64,000 bases of DNA. Source: Escherichia coli. Lineage in GTDB: Bacteria; Pseudomonadota; Gammaproteobacteria; Enterobacterales; Enterobacteriaceae. Positions 21,288 through 34,664 of the stretch are shown piece by piece. How positions within the stretch are numbered: the stretch's first letter is position 1; each line of letters opens with the position of its first letter. The notes under the pieces were generated by a model. The model ran no database searches, was not told the DNA's origin, and saw only the letters and a program-made list of their open reading frames with translations. The translations under genes and the position numbers were made by a program. Where the stretch lies: NCBI RefSeq assembly GCF_048403405.1, contig NZ_CP183136.1; one strand, 5' to 3'.

Positions 21288-22660
21288 ACCTCTTCTGGTT
21301 CTTTGTGCTGCTTTACTGACGGTCACACCCGCAGCGTCAGCGGATGTGAACAGCGACATGAATCAGTTCTTTAACAAGCTGGGCTTCGCCTCCAATACCA
21401 CCCAGCCGGGCGTCTGGCAGGGGCAGGCCGCCGGCTATGCTTACGGTGGCTCCCTGTATGCCCGTACTCAGGTTAAAAATGTTCATCTGATTTCCATGAC
21501 GCTGCCGGATATCAATGCCGGATGTGGCGGCATCGACGCCTATCTCGGCTCGTTCAGCTTTATTAATAGCGAGCAGTTGCAGCGTTTTGTTAAGCAGATT
21601 ATGAGCAATGCTGCCGGTTACTTCTTTGACCTTGCCCTGCAGACAACGGTGCCGGAAATCAAAACCGCAAAAGACTTCCTGCAGAAAATGGCAAGCGACA
21701 TTAACAGTATGAACCTCAGTTCCTGCCAGGCGGCACAGGGGATTATCGGCGGGCTTTTCCCCCGGACGCAGGTGTCCCAGCAGAAAGTCTGTCAGGACAT
21801 TGCCGGTGAGAGCAATATTTTTGCTGACTGGGCTGCTTCCCGGCAGGGATGTACCGTTGGCGGGAAATCTCGACAGCGTCAGGGATAAAGCCAGCGACAA
21901 GGATAAGGAGCGGGTGACCGAAAAACATCAACATCATGTGGAATGCGCTTTCCAAAAACAGAATGTTTGACGGCAACAAAGAGCTGAAAGAGTTTGTGAT
22001 GACGCTGACCGGCTCACTGGTGTTTGGTCCCAGACGGCGAAATCACACCGCTATCGGCGCAGAACCACTGACCGCTCATATTATCCGGGCCATGATGGAA
22101 GGCGGTACAGCAAAAATTTATCACTGCAACGATTCTGACAAATGCCTGAAAGTGGTGGCAGACACACCGGTGACCATCAGCCCGGGATAATGCACTGAAG
22201 TCTCAGATTACTAAACTTCTGGCCAGCATTCAGAACAAGGCTGTCAGTGACACGCCTCTGGATGACAAGGAAAAAGGCTTTATTTCCAGTACCACCATCC
22301 CCGTCTTCAAATACCTGGTTGACCCGCAGATGCTCGGTGTTTCCAACAGTATGATTTACCAGCTGACGGACTATATCGGTTACGACATCCTGCTGCAGTA
22401 CATTCAGGAGCTGATACAGCAGGCCCGGGCGATGGTGGCCACCGGGAAATTATCGACGAAGCAGTTATCGAACAGTATTAACTGGACAATATGAATGATG
22501 CCACCGCGGCAGATTGCGGCGTTTCCAGTCACAGGTACAGGTGCAGCAGGATGCGCTGCTGGTCGTCGACCGTCAGATGAGCTACATGCGTCAGCAGCTT
22601 TCCGCCCGCATGCTCAGTCGTTACCAGAACAACTATCACTTCGGAGGGAGCACGCTGTGA
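21271..22660 (+). pseudogene. traH: TraH, frameshifted
   Basis: N-terminal 205 aa in ORF 21271..21888; later TraH-like segments (MWNALSKNRMFDGNKELKEF..., NDSDKCLKVVADTPVTIS) lie in other frames; total span is not a multiple of 3. Confidence 0.7.
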
Positions 22661-25348
22661 ATGAAGTTTATGTGATTGCCGGTGGTGAATGGTTGCGGAA
22701 TAACCTGAACGCCATTGCCGCCTTTATGGGAACCAGGACGTGGGATTCCATTGAAAAAATTGCTCTCACCCTGTCTGTTGTTGCGGTGGCCTTTATGTGG
22801 GTACAGCGGCACAACGTGATGGATTTGCTGGGCTGGGCGGCGGTGTTTGTGCTTATCAGCCTGCTGGTTAATATCCGTACGTCGGTGCAGATTATTGATA
22901 ACAGTGACCTGGTCAAAGTCCATCGGGTGGATAATGTGCCGGTCGGACTGGCGATGCCACTTTCACTGACGACCCGTATCGGGCATGCAATGGTGGCCAG
23001 TTACGAGATGATCTACACGCAACCGGACAGTTTCACCTACAGCAAAACGGGGATGCTGTTTGGCGCAGAACCTGGTATGCAAAAAGCACCGACTTTTTGT
23101 CCCGCAATCCGGAAATCGCCAATCTTTTTCAGGATTATGTGCAGAACTGTGTGATGGGGGATATTTACCTGAACCACAAATACACGCTGGAGGAGCTGAT
23201 GGCCTCCGCTGATCCCTACACGCTGATTTTTTCCCGCCCCAGTCCGCTGCGGGGCGTTTATGACAGCAATAATAATTTCGTGACCTGTAAGGACGCGTCG
23301 GTTTCGCTGAAAGACAAGCTGAATCTGGACACACAGACGTGGCGGCAAAACCTGGCATTATTATGTGCAGCAGATATTTGGCGGTCAGCCCGGATCCGGA
23401 CCTGTTATTCAGTGCAACTGGTTGAGTGACAGTTACCGTTATTTCTACGGCTCCAGCCAGTCTGCCAGTCAGATCATGCGCCAGAACGTCACCATGAATG
23501 CGCTGAAGGAGGGTATCACCAGTTATGCAGCCCGTAACGGTGACTACCGCCAGCCTGGTGAATCTGGCCACCACGTCATCGATGGAGAAGCAACGTCTGG
23601 CACATGTCTCCATTGGTCATGTGGCTGATGCGAAACACTGCCGATGGCGCAGACCATTCTGGTGGGCATTACCATCGGTATTTTCCCGCTCCTGGTACTG
23701 GCGGCTGTCTTCAACAAACTGACGCTGTCTGTTCTGAGAGGCTATGTGTTTGCCCTGATGTGGTTGCAGTCATGGCCAATGTTGTATGCCATTCTGAACA
23801 GCGCCATGACATTTTATGCGAAGCAGAATGGTGCACCGGTGGTGCTCTCGGAAATTTCACAGATACAGCTGAAATACTCCGATCTGGCTTCCACTGCCGG
23901 GTATCTTTCCATGATGATACCCGCCATTATCCTGGATGATGGTCAGAGGCCTTGGCGCCGGTTTTTCCAGCGTGTACAGCCATTTCGCTTCCTCTGCTAT
24001 CAGCCCGACTGCCAGTGCGGCAGGCAGTGTGGTTGACGGTAATTACTCCTACGGCAACATGCAGACGGAAAACGTGAACGGCTTCAGCTGGAGCACCAAC
24101 AGCACCACGTCGTTTGGTCAGATGATGTACCAGACCGGCAGTGGCGCAACTGCCACACAGACCCGTGACGGTAATATGGTGATGGATGCAAGCGGAGCGA
24201 TGTCCCGTTTACCGGTTGGTATCAATGCAACGCGTCAGATTGCAGCGGCACAACAGGAAATGGCCCGGGAGGCGTCGAACAGAGCAGAAAGCGCCCTGCA
24301 TGGTTTCAGCAGCAGTATTGCCAGTGCCTGGAACACGCTCAGTCAGTTTGGTTCTAACCGGGGGAGCAGTGATTCTGTCACCGGTGGCGCTGACAGCACC
24401 ATGAGTGCACAGGACTCCATGATGGCCAGCCGTATGCGCAGTGCAGTGGAAAGCTATGCGAAGGCGCATAATATCAGTAATGAGCAGGCGACTCAGGAAC
24501 TGGCATCAACAGGTTCTAGGTTCTCGTCTGGCGGAATGTATGCAGATGCTCATGCTGAATGGGGGATTAAACCTGAAATTCTTGGTGTTGGTGGTGGGGT
24601 TGGTGTCAGAGGCGGGTTTAAGGGAAGTCTTGGATGCGAACGGATGATGACTCACATTCTGCAAGTAGTGGCAGCAGAGCTACCCATGATGCTCGCCATG
24701 ATATTGACGCTAAAGCCAGTACAGGACTTTAAAGAAGCCAGCGATTACTTTACCAGTCGCAAGGTCAGTGAGTCCGGCAGCCATACTGACAATAATGCTG
24801 ACTCCCGGGTGGACCAGTTGTCTGCAGCCCTGAACTCAGCGAAACAGAGTTACGACCAATACACGACGAATATGACCCGCAGCCATGAATATGCGGAAAT
24901 GGCCTCCCGTACTGAAAGCATGAGCGGGCAGATGAGTGAAGACCTGTCGCAACAGTTTGCACAGTATGTGATGAAACGCGCACCGCAGGATGCAGAAGCT
25001 ATTCTGACAAATACCAGTTCGCCGGAGATTGCAGAACGTCGTCGGGCGATGGCATGGTCTTTTGTGCAGGAACAGGTACAGCCTGGTGTTGATAATGCCT
25101 GGCGGGAATCCCGTGGCGATATTGGTAAAGGAATGGAGAGCGTACCTTCGGGTGGTGGCAGTCAGGATATTATTGCTGACCATCAGGGACATCAGGCCAT
25201 TATTGAGCAAAGAACGCAGAACAGTAATATCCGTAATGATGTAAAACATCAGGTTGATAATATGGTCACAGAATATCGTGGCAATATCGGAGATACTCAG
25301 AACAGTATCCGTGGCGAGGAAAATATTGTAAGACGGGCAGTATTCTGA
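22657..25348 (+). pseudogene. traG: TraG, mating-pair stabilisation / entry exclusion, multiply frameshifted
   Basis: Starts at GTG (VNEVYVIAGGEWLRNNLNAIAAF); successive segments in ORFs 22495..23154, 23097..23429, 23365..23628, 23644..24036 and 23936..25348 in different frames. Confidence 0.7.
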
Positions 25349-25502
25349 ACTGCAAAATCATCATAAAACAGGAGGCATTATCTACAGAATAATAAATATA
25401 ATGAAGAGCAAGAAACGTCAGAAGATTAATACCTGACGCCATCAGAAGAGGCTGTGAAAACAGATGGTGGATGATAAGAAGGATACGACTGAAGGGGCCA
25501 TT

Positions 25503-25911
25503 ATGATCACTCACTATGATATAAAAACGGAGACACAGAAACTAAAGGATGTACTCTCTGTAGAGGGAGTTAATATTCCGCCATTATTACAAGTCATAAA
25601 GCCAGGGAACTGTATGTGTTTTTATGGGTTTTATTATGGCCAACTTTTCTGCGTTTAGCTATCAGTTAAAAGTTGATGTCCGGGATGCTGGCTTTGATAT
25701 ATGTGCTAGTGGCATGATGGGGTTCCTCCTTTTTGTGGCCATTACAAATGGAATGATGTTATACCTTGCGATTCCTGATAGTTTCAGAAATGAGTCGAAA
25801 ATAATAACTTTTATGTATGATAAGAACAAAACTTATATCTTGTCGTTTGTGATTGTTTTTTCTATGGTTTCCTTTGCTGCATACGTATCTTATTTGGGTT
25901 TTTGCATCTAA
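25503..25911 (+). pseudogene. traS: TraS-like entry exclusion protein, possible frameshift
   Basis: Hydrophobic ORFs 25464..25658 and 25624..25911 in two frames between traG and traT; identification by position only. Confidence 0.4.
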
Positions 25912-26036
25912 TGATTACTATTCGTAATTATTTCTCTTGGTGTATACCATAGATATAAATCGTTATAATCTCTCTGCAATAGTCTCAGTAATAGGTCTGT
26001 TCAAAAAAGAGTCTGTTAGTTAAAAGGATATTCTGG

Positions 26037-26768
26037 ATGAAAACAAAAAAATTGATGATGGTTGCACTGGTCAGTTCCACTCTGGCCCTTTCAGGGTGTG
26101 GTGCGATGAGCACAGCAATCAAGAAGCGTAACCTTGAGGTGAAGACTCAGATGAGTGAGACCATCTGGCTTAAACCCGCCAGCGAACGCACGGTATTTCT
26201 GCAGATCAAAAACACGTCTGATAAAGACATGAGTGGGCTGCAGGGCAAAATTGCTGATGCTGTGAAAGCAAAAGGATATCAGGTGGTGACTTCTCCGGAT
26301 GCAGCCTACTACTGGATTCAGGCGAATGTGCTGAAGGCCGATAAGATGGATCTGCGGGAGTCTCAGGGATGGCTGAACCGTGGTTATGAAGGCGCAGCTG
26401 TTGGTGCAGCGTTAGGTGCCGGTATTACCGGCTATAACTCAAATTCTGCCGGTGCCACACTCGGTGTAGGCCTTGCTGCTGGTCTGGTGGGTATGGCTGC
26501 AGATGCGATGGTGGAAGATGTGAACTATACCATGATCACGGATGTGCAGATTGCAGAGCGTACTAAGGCAACGGTGACAACGGATAATGTTGCCGCCCTG
26601 CGTCAGGGCACATCAGGTGCGAAAATTCAGACCAGTACTGAAACAGGTAACCAGCATAAATACCAGACCCGTGTGGTCTCAAATGCGAACAAGGTTAACC
26701 TGAAATTTGAAGAGGCGAAGCCTGTTCTCGAAGACCAGCTGGCCAAATCAATCGCAAATATTCTCTGA
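26037..26768 (+). CDS. traT: TraT, surface exclusion / serum-resistance lipoprotein
   Basis: 243 aa, lipobox LALSGC, matches TraT from recall. Confidence 0.9.
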   Translation: MKTKKLMMVALVSSTLALSGCGAMSTAIKKRNLEVKTQMSETIWLKPASERTVFLQIKNTSDKDMSGLQGKIADAVKAKGYQVVTSPDAAYYWIQANVLKADKMDLRESQGWLNRGYEGAAVGAALGAGITGYNSNSAGATLGVGLAAGLVGMAADAMVEDVNYTMITDVQIAERTKATVTTDNVAALRQGTSGAKIQTSTETGNQHKYQTRVVSNANKVNLKFEEAKPVLEDQLAKSIANIL

Positions 26769-27032
26769 TTATCTTCCGGAGGCTGGTCTGACCGGCCTCC
26801 TGACTGACGCCTCGCTTTGCTCGTTGTCCAACCCCGGAAAGAAATAAAATAAATTTTATTTCTCCCCGGCGTTTCCGAAATAAATATGAAAACACTGAGC
26901 GGTTGTGCAAATTCTTTGTGCGACCGTGAAGTGTTGCCGGCGAAGCCCGGAATTCTGAACGTGATTATTGAATCTTATTGCGATACGATGTGAATAATCA
27001 GTCCGACTGACTTTTTTCTTCGGAATATCATC

Positions 27033-29367
27033 ATGAGTTTTAACGCAAAGGATATGACCCAGGGCGGTCAGATTGCGTCCATGCGTATCCGCATGTTCAG
27101 CCAGATCGCCAATATCATGCTTTACTGCCTGTTTATTTTTTTCTGGATACTCGTTGGTCTGGTTTTATGGGTAAAAATAAGCTGGCAGACGTTTGTGAAC
27201 GGCTGTATTTACTGGTGGTGTACCACGCTGGAAGGCATGCGGGATTTAATCAAGTCCCAGCCGGTATATGAGATCCAGTATTACGGCAAAACCTTCCGGA
27301 TGAACGCTGCTCAGGTACTGCATGATAAATATATGATTTGGTGCGGAGAGCAGCTATGGTCCGCATTCGTTCTGGCCACAGTTGTGGCACTGGTTATTTG
27401 CCTGATTACCTTCTTTGTTGTCTCCTGGATTCTGGGGCGTCAGGGTAAACAACAGAGCGAAAATGAAGTCACAGGTGGTCGTCAGCTGACAGACAATCCG
27501 AAAGACGTTGCCCGGATGCTGAAAAAAGACGGCAAGGACTCCGATATCCGGATTGGCGACCTGCCGATTATCCGGGATTCCGAAATCCAGAACTTCTGTC
27601 TGCACGGCACGGTCGGGGCCGGTAAGTCGGAGGTTATCCGTCGTCTGGCCAACTACGCCCGTCAGCGCGGTGATATGGTGGTGATTTATGACCGTTCAGG
27701 GGAATTTGTTAAAAGTTACTATGATCCCTCCATCGATAAAATCCTGAATCCGCTGGATGCCCGCTGTGCCGCATGGGATTTGTGGAAGGAGTGCCTGACA
27801 CAGCCGGATTTTGATAATACCGCAAATACTCTGATCCCGATGGGTACAAAAGAGGACCCGTTCTGGCAGGGTTCAGGACGTACCATTTTTGCGGAAGCGG
27901 CGTACCTGATGCGTAATGACCCCAACCGCAGCTACAGCAAACTGGTGGACACACTGCTTTCCATCAAAATCGAAAAACTGCGTACCTTCCTGCGTAATTC
28001 ACCGGCGGCCAACCTGGTGGAAGAGAAAATCGAGAAAACGGCGATTTCCATCCGTGCTGTGCTGACCAACTACGTGAAAGCCATCCGTTACCTGCAGGGG
28101 ATTGAGCATAACGGTGAGCCCTTCACCATCCGTGACTGGATGCGTGGTGTCCGGGAAGATCAGAAAAACGGCTGGCTGTTTATCTCATCGAACGCCGACA
28201 CCCATGCCTCCCTGAAGCCGGTGATCTCCATGTGGCTGTCCATTGCCATTCGTGGTCTGCTGGCAATGGGAGAAAACCGTAAACGTCGTGTGTGGTTTTT
28301 CTGTGACGAGTTACCCACGTTACACAAACTGCCGGATCTGGTGGAGATCCTGCCGGAAGCCCGTAAGTTCGGTGGCTGTTATGTGTTTGGTATCCAGTCC
28401 TATGCCCAGCTGGAAGATATCTACGGTGAGAAAGCGGCGGCCACGCTGTTTGACGTCATGAACACCCGTGCTTTTTTCCGTTCTCCCGAGCCATAAGATT
28501 GCAGAGTTCGCTGCCGGTGAGATTGGTGAGAAAGAGCACCTGAAAGCCAGCGAGCAGTATTCCTACGGTGCTGATCCGGTACGTGACGGGGTATCGACCG
28601 GTAAGGATATGGAGCGTCAGACGCTGGTCAGTTATTCCGACATTCAGTCTCTGCCGGATCTGACCTGCTATGTCACTCTGCCCGGACCGTATCCGGCAGT
28701 AAAACTCTCTCTGAAATATCAGGCACGACCGAAGGTCGCTCCGGAGTTTATTCCGCGTGACATCAACCCGGAAATGGAGAACCGTCTGAGTGCCGTACTT
28801 GCCGCAAGGGAAGCAGAAGGTCGTCAGATGGCCAGCCTCTTCGAACCGGAGGTTGCCTCCGGAGAAGATGTGACTCAGGCTGAACAGCCACAACAGCCAC
28901 AACAGCCACAACAGCCACAACAGCCACAACAGTCACAACAGCCACAACAGCCACAACAGCCACAACAGCCACAACAGCCACAACAGCCACAACAGCCACA
29001 ACAGCCACAACAGCCACAACAGCCACAACAGCCACAACAGCCACAACAGCCACAACAGCCACAACAGCCACAACAGCCACAACAGCCAGTGTCTCCTGCC
29101 ATCAACGATAAGAAGTCAGATGCAGGTGTGAGTGTTCCGGCAGGGGGGATCGAGCAGGAGCTGAAAATGAAACCGGAAGAAGAGATGGAACAGCAACTGC
29201 CACCCGGGATCAGTGAATCCGGTGAAGTGGTGGATATGGCCGCTTATGAGGCATGGCAACAGGAAAATCATCCGGACACCCAGCAGCAGATGCAGCGTCG
29301 TGAAGAGGTGAACATTAATGTGCACCGGGAGCGCGGGGAGGATGTTGAGCCGGGAGATGATTTCTGA
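27033..29367 (+). pseudogene. traD: TraD coupling protein, one frameshift near 28480
   Basis: ORF 27033..28496 (Walker A GTVGAGKS) and ORF 28468..29367 (continuing ...[23 protein letters not shown]) are adjacent TraD segments in different frames; contains the QQP repeat. Confidence 0.75.
28885..29086 (+). repeat. 9-bp tandem repeat (cagccacaa), about 22 units, encoding the TraD C-terminal QQP tract
   Basis: Directly visible periodicity, with one variant unit cagtcacaa. Confidence 0.9.
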
Positions 29368-32300
29368 TGTTGAGTTTCAGCGTTGGTTAAATCGGCAGGC
29401 AGTGCCGGAAACTATTACACCGACAAGGATAATTACTATGTGCTGGGCAGCATGGGAGAACGCTGGGCTGGTCAGGGGGGCTGAACAGCTTGGGACTGCA
29501 GGGCAGCGTCGATAAGGATGTTTTTACCCGTCTTCTGGAGGGCAGGCTGCCGGACGGAGCGGATTTAAGCCGCATGCAGGATGGCAGTAATAAGCATCGT
29601 CCCGGCTACGACCTGACCTTCTCCGCCCCCAAAAGTGTCTCCATGATGGCCATGCTCGGGGGCGATAAACGCCTGATTGATGCACATAACCAGGCCGTGG
29701 ATTTTGCTGTCCGTCAGGTGGAGGCGCTGGCTTCCACACGGGTGATGACGGACGGACAGTCAGAAACGGTGCTGACCGGTAATCTGGTGATGGCACTGTT
29801 TAACCATGACACCAGTCGCGATCAGGACCCACAGTTACACACGCATGTAGTGGTGGCTAATGTCACGCAGCATAACGGCGAGTGGAAGACACTGAGCAGT
29901 GACAAAGTGGGGAAAACCGGATTTATCCGAGAACGTGCTACGCGAACCGGATTGCGTTCGGGAAGATCTATCAGAGTGAGTTACTGTCAGCGCAGGTTGA
30001 GGCGCTGGGTTATGAAACCGAAGTGGTCGGTAAGCACGGTATGTGGGAGATGCCGGGCGTACCGGTGGAGGCCTTTTCCAGTCGTTCACAGGCTATCAGG
30101 GAGGCCGTCGGTGAAGACGCCTCGCTGAAATCCCGGGATGTGGCGGCACTGGATACGCGAAAATCCAAACAGCACGTCGATCCGGAAATCAGAATGGCTG
30201 AATGGATGCAGACGCTGAAGGAAACCGGGTTCGACATCCGGGCATATCGTGACGCGGCGGATCAGCGTGCGGAGACCCGCACGCAGGCGCCCGGGGCTGT
30301 TTCACAGGAGGGGCCGGATGTGCAGCAGGCGGTGACACAGGCCATTGCCGGATTAAGTGAACGAAAAGTGCAGTTTACGTACACGGACGTGCTGGCCAGA
30401 ACGGTCGGTATACTGCCGCCGGAAAATGGTGTGATTGAACGGGCACGCGCCGGTATCGATGAGGCCATCAGTCGTGAGCAGCTTATCCCCCTCGACCGTG
30501 AGAAGGGGCTGTTCACATCAGGAATTCATGTGCTCGATGAGCTGTCCGTCCGGGCACTCAGTCGTGACATCATGAAACAGAACCGGGTGACCGTACATCC
30601 GGAGAAAAGTGTCCCCCGGACGGCTGGTTACAGCGATGCGGTCAGTGTTCTGGCACAGGACCGTCCGTCGCTGGCCATTGTGTCCGGGCAGGGCGGTGCA
30701 GCCGGGCAGCGTGAGCGGGTGGCTGAACTGGTCATGATGGCCCGGGAGCAGGGGCGGGAGGTGCAGATTATCGCTGCTGACCGTCGCTCGCAGATGAACC
30801 TGAAGCAGGATGAACGGCTGTCCGGTGAGCTGATAACCGGACGTCGTCAGCTGCAGGAGGGCATGGTCTTCACGCCGGGCAGTACTGTTATCGTCGACCA
30901 GGGCGAAAAACTCTCCCTGAAAGAGACGTTAACCCTGCTGGACGGTGCCGCACGTCATAACGTACAGGTCCTGATAACCGACAGCGGGCAGCGAACCGGT
31001 ACAGGCAGTGCGCTGATGGCCATGAAGGATGCCGGGGTGAACACGTATCGCTGGCAGGGCGGAGAACAGCGACCGGCAACCATCATCAGTGAACCGGACC
31101 GGAATGTCCGCTATGACCGGCTGGCCGGAGATTTTGCGGCCAGCGTGAAAGCCGGAGAAGAGAGCGTGGCACAGGTCAGCGGGGTACGGGAACAGGCCAT
31201 ACTGACACAGGCCATTCGCAGTGAGCTGAAAACACAGGGCGTGCTCGGACACCCGGAGGTGACCATGACCGCCCTGTCACCGGTCTGGCTGGACAGCCGG
31301 AGCCGTTATCTGCGGGATATGTACCGACCGGGGATGGTGATGGAGCAGTGGAACCCGGAGACACGCAGTCATGACCGCTATGTTATCGACCGGGTGACGG
31401 CGCAGAGTCACAGCCTGACCCTGCGGGATGCGCAGGGCGAAACGCAGGTGGTGCGTATTTCCTCCCTGGACAGCAGCTGGTCGCTGTTCCGGCCGGAAAA
31501 AATGCCGGTGGCAGACGGCGAGCGACTGAGGGTGACAGGGAAAATTCCCGGACTCCGCGTCTCCGGCGGTGACCGCCTGCAGGTGGCATCCGTCAGTGAA
31601 GATGCGATGACGGTTGTTGTGCCGGGGCGGGCTGAACCGGCCACCCTGCCTGTGGCTGATTCACCGTTCACGGCACTGAAGCTGGAGAACGGCTGGGTGG
31701 AAACGCCCGGGCATTCCGTCAGTGACAGTGCGACGGTGTTTGCCTCCGTCACACAGATGGCAATGGACAACGCCACCCTGAACGGTCTGGCCCGCAGCGG
31801 TCGTGATGTCCGGCTGTATTCCTCACTGGATGAAACCCGTACTGCGGAAAAACTTGCCCGCCATCCCTCCTTTACGGTGGTTTCTGAGCAGATAAAGGCG
31901 CGGGCCGGTGAGACATCGCTGGAAACCGCTATCAGTCTGCAGAAAACCGGGCTGCACACGCCGGCACAGCAGGCCATTCATCTGGCCCTTCCTGTGCTGG
32001 AAAGTAAAAACCTGGCCTTCAGCATGGTGGACCTGCTGACAGAGGCGAAGTCGTTTGCTGCAGAAGGAACCGGTTTTACTGAACTGGGAGGGGAAATCAA
32101 TGCGCAGATAAAACGCGGTGACTTACTGTATGTGGATGTGGCAAAAGGCTATGGCACAGGCCTGCTGGTTTCTCGTGCGTCGTATGAGGCAGAAAAAAGT
32201 ATTCTTCGCCATATTCTCGAAGGTAAGGAGGCGGTCACGCCGCTGATGGAGAGAGTACCCGGCGAACTCATGGAGACGTTAACGTCGGGACAGCGTGCCG

Positions 32301-34645
32301 CCACCCGTATGATACTGGAAACGTCCGACCGTTTCACGGTGGTACAGGGTTATGCCGGTGTGGGTAAGACCACACAGTTCCGGGCGGTGATGTCAGCCGT
32401 GAACATGCTGCCGGCGAGTGAGCGTCCCCGAGTTGTGGGGCTGGGGCCCACGCACCGTGCGGTCGGTGAGATGCGCAGCGCCGGCGTGGATGCACAGACG
32501 CTGGCGTCCTTTCTGCATGACACGCAGCTGCAGCAGCGCAGCGGAGAAACGCCGGATTTCAGCAACACGCTGTTCCTGCTCGATGAGAGCTCAATGGTGG
32601 GCAATACCGACATGGCACGGGCATACGCCCTGATTGCGGCCGGTGGCGGTCGTGCCGTGGCCAGTGGTGACACGGACCAGCTGCAGGCCATCGCGCCCGG
32701 TCAGCCTTTCCGTCTCCAGCAGACGCGCAGTGCTGCCGATGTGGTCATCATGAAGGAGATTGTGCGTCAGACGCCGGAACTGCGGGAGGCGGTATACAGC
32801 CTGATTAACCGGGATGTGGAAAAGGCACTGTCCGGGCTTGAGAGTGTGAAACCGTCTCAGGTGCCACGTCTGGAGGGCGCATGGGCACCGGAGCACTCCG
32901 TGACGGAGTTCAGTCACAGCCAGGAAGCGAAACTGGCAGAAGCGCAGCAGAAGGCGATGCTGAAAGGTGAGACTTTTCCGGATGTCCCCATGACACTGTA
33001 TGAAGCCATTGTCCGCGACTATACCGGCAGGACACCGGAAGCACGGGAGCAGACGCTGATTGTCACGCACCTGAATGAGGACCGGCGCGTACTGAACAGC
33101 ATGATTCATGATGCACGGGAAAAGGCCGGTGAGCTGGGGCAGGAGCAGGTCATGGTGCCTGTCCTGAACACAGCGAATATACGTGACGGGGAGCTGCGTC
33201 GTCTCTCCACCTGGGAGAATAACCCGGATGCCCTTGCCCTGGTGGATAGTGTGTATCACCGGATTGCCGGTATCAGCAAGGATGACGGGCTGATAACCCT
33301 GGAGGATGCGGAAGGTAACACGCGGCTGATTTCGCCCCGGGAGGCGGTGGCTGAAGGTGTCACACTGTACACCCCGGACAAAATCCGGGTGGGGACCGGC
33401 GACCGGATGCGCTTCACGAAGAGTGACCGGGAGCGCGGTTATGTGGCCAACAGCGTCTGGACGGTGACAGCGGTTTCCGGTGACAGTGTCACGCTGTCAG
33501 ACGGACAGCAGACCCGGGTGATTCGCCCCGGCCAGGAGCGGGCAGAGCAACATATTGACCTGGCTTATGCCATCACCGCCCACGGTGCGCAGGGGGCGAG
33601 TGAAACCTTTGCCATCGCGCTTGAAGGCACGGAAGGTAACCGGAAACTGATGGCCGGCTTTGAGTCAGCCTACGTGGCCCTGTCGCGTATGAAGCAGCAT
33701 GTGCAGGTGTACACCGATAACCGTCAGGGCTGGACGGATGCCATTAACAATGCCGTACAGAAAGGAACTGCCCACGATGTGCTGGAGCCGAAACCGGACC
33801 GGGAGGTCATGAATGCGCAGCGGCTGTTCAGTACGGCACGGGAACTGCGGGACGTGGCGGCAGGCCGTGCCGTTCTCCGTCAGGCAGGGCTGGCCGGGGG
33901 AGACAGCCCTGCACGGTTTATTGCACCGGGACGTAAATATCCGCAGCCGTATGTGGCACTGCCGGCGTTTGACCGTAACGGCAAGTCAGCTGGTATCTGG
34001 CTGAACCCACTGACCACGGATGACGGAAACGGGCTGCGGGGATTCAGTGGTGAAGGACGGGTGAAAGGCAGCGGGGATGCGCAGTTCGTGGCCCTGCAGG
34101 GCAGCCGTAACGGAGAGAGCCTGCTGGCTGATAATATGCAGGATGGCGTCCGGATTGCCCGTGATAATCCTGACAGCGGTGTGGTGGTGAGAATTGCCGG
34201 TGAAGGTCGTCCGTGGAATCCCGGTGCCATCACCGGTGGCCGCGTGTGGGGGGATATCCCGGATAACAGCGTCCAGCCGGGGGCCGGAAATGGCGAACCG
34301 GTCACGGCAGAGGTACTGGCACAGCGGCAGGCTGAAGAGGCCATCCGCCGTGAAACGGAACGCCGCGCAGATGAAATTGTCAGGAAAATGGCAGAGAACA
34401 AACCTGACTTGCCGGACGGCAAAACAGAGCTGGCTGTCAGGGATATTGCCGGGCAGGAACGTGACCGGACTGCCACTTCTGAACGGGAAACCGCACTGCC
34501 GGAGAGTGTGCTGCGTGAATCACAACGGGAGCGGGAAGCGGTCCGGGAGGTTGCCCGGGAAAATCTGCTGCAGGAGCGTCTGCAGCAGATGGAGCGGGAT
34601 ATGGTTCGTGACCTGCAGAAAGAGAAAACCCTGGGCGGAGACTGA
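29367..34645 (+). pseudogene. traI: TraI relaxase-helicase; 5' relaxase-domain region frameshifted, remainder intact
   Basis: ORF 30023..34645 (1540 aa) is the intact C-terminal part; ORF 29490..30128 carries relaxase-domain sequence (…HDTSRDQDPQLHTHVVVANV…) in another frame; the first ~40 codons are also broken. Confidence 0.8.
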
Positions 34646-34664
34646 TACAGGAAGACAAACACTG

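Noticed and set aside
28885-29086. Possible CRISPR array suggested by the regular short repeats
   Set aside because: The 9-bp units are contiguous with no spacers and sit inside the traD reading frame; this is a coding tandem repeat.
28763-29105. Minus-strand ORFs encoding poly-(VAV) and poly-(CCG) through the TraD region
   Set aside because: Antisense reading of the 9-bp QQP tandem repeat, not genes.
4244-30128. Programmed ribosomal frameshifting as the explanation for split tra genes
   Set aside because: Too many breaks in too many unrelated genes, with no slippery-site pattern; decay or assembly indels are far more likely.
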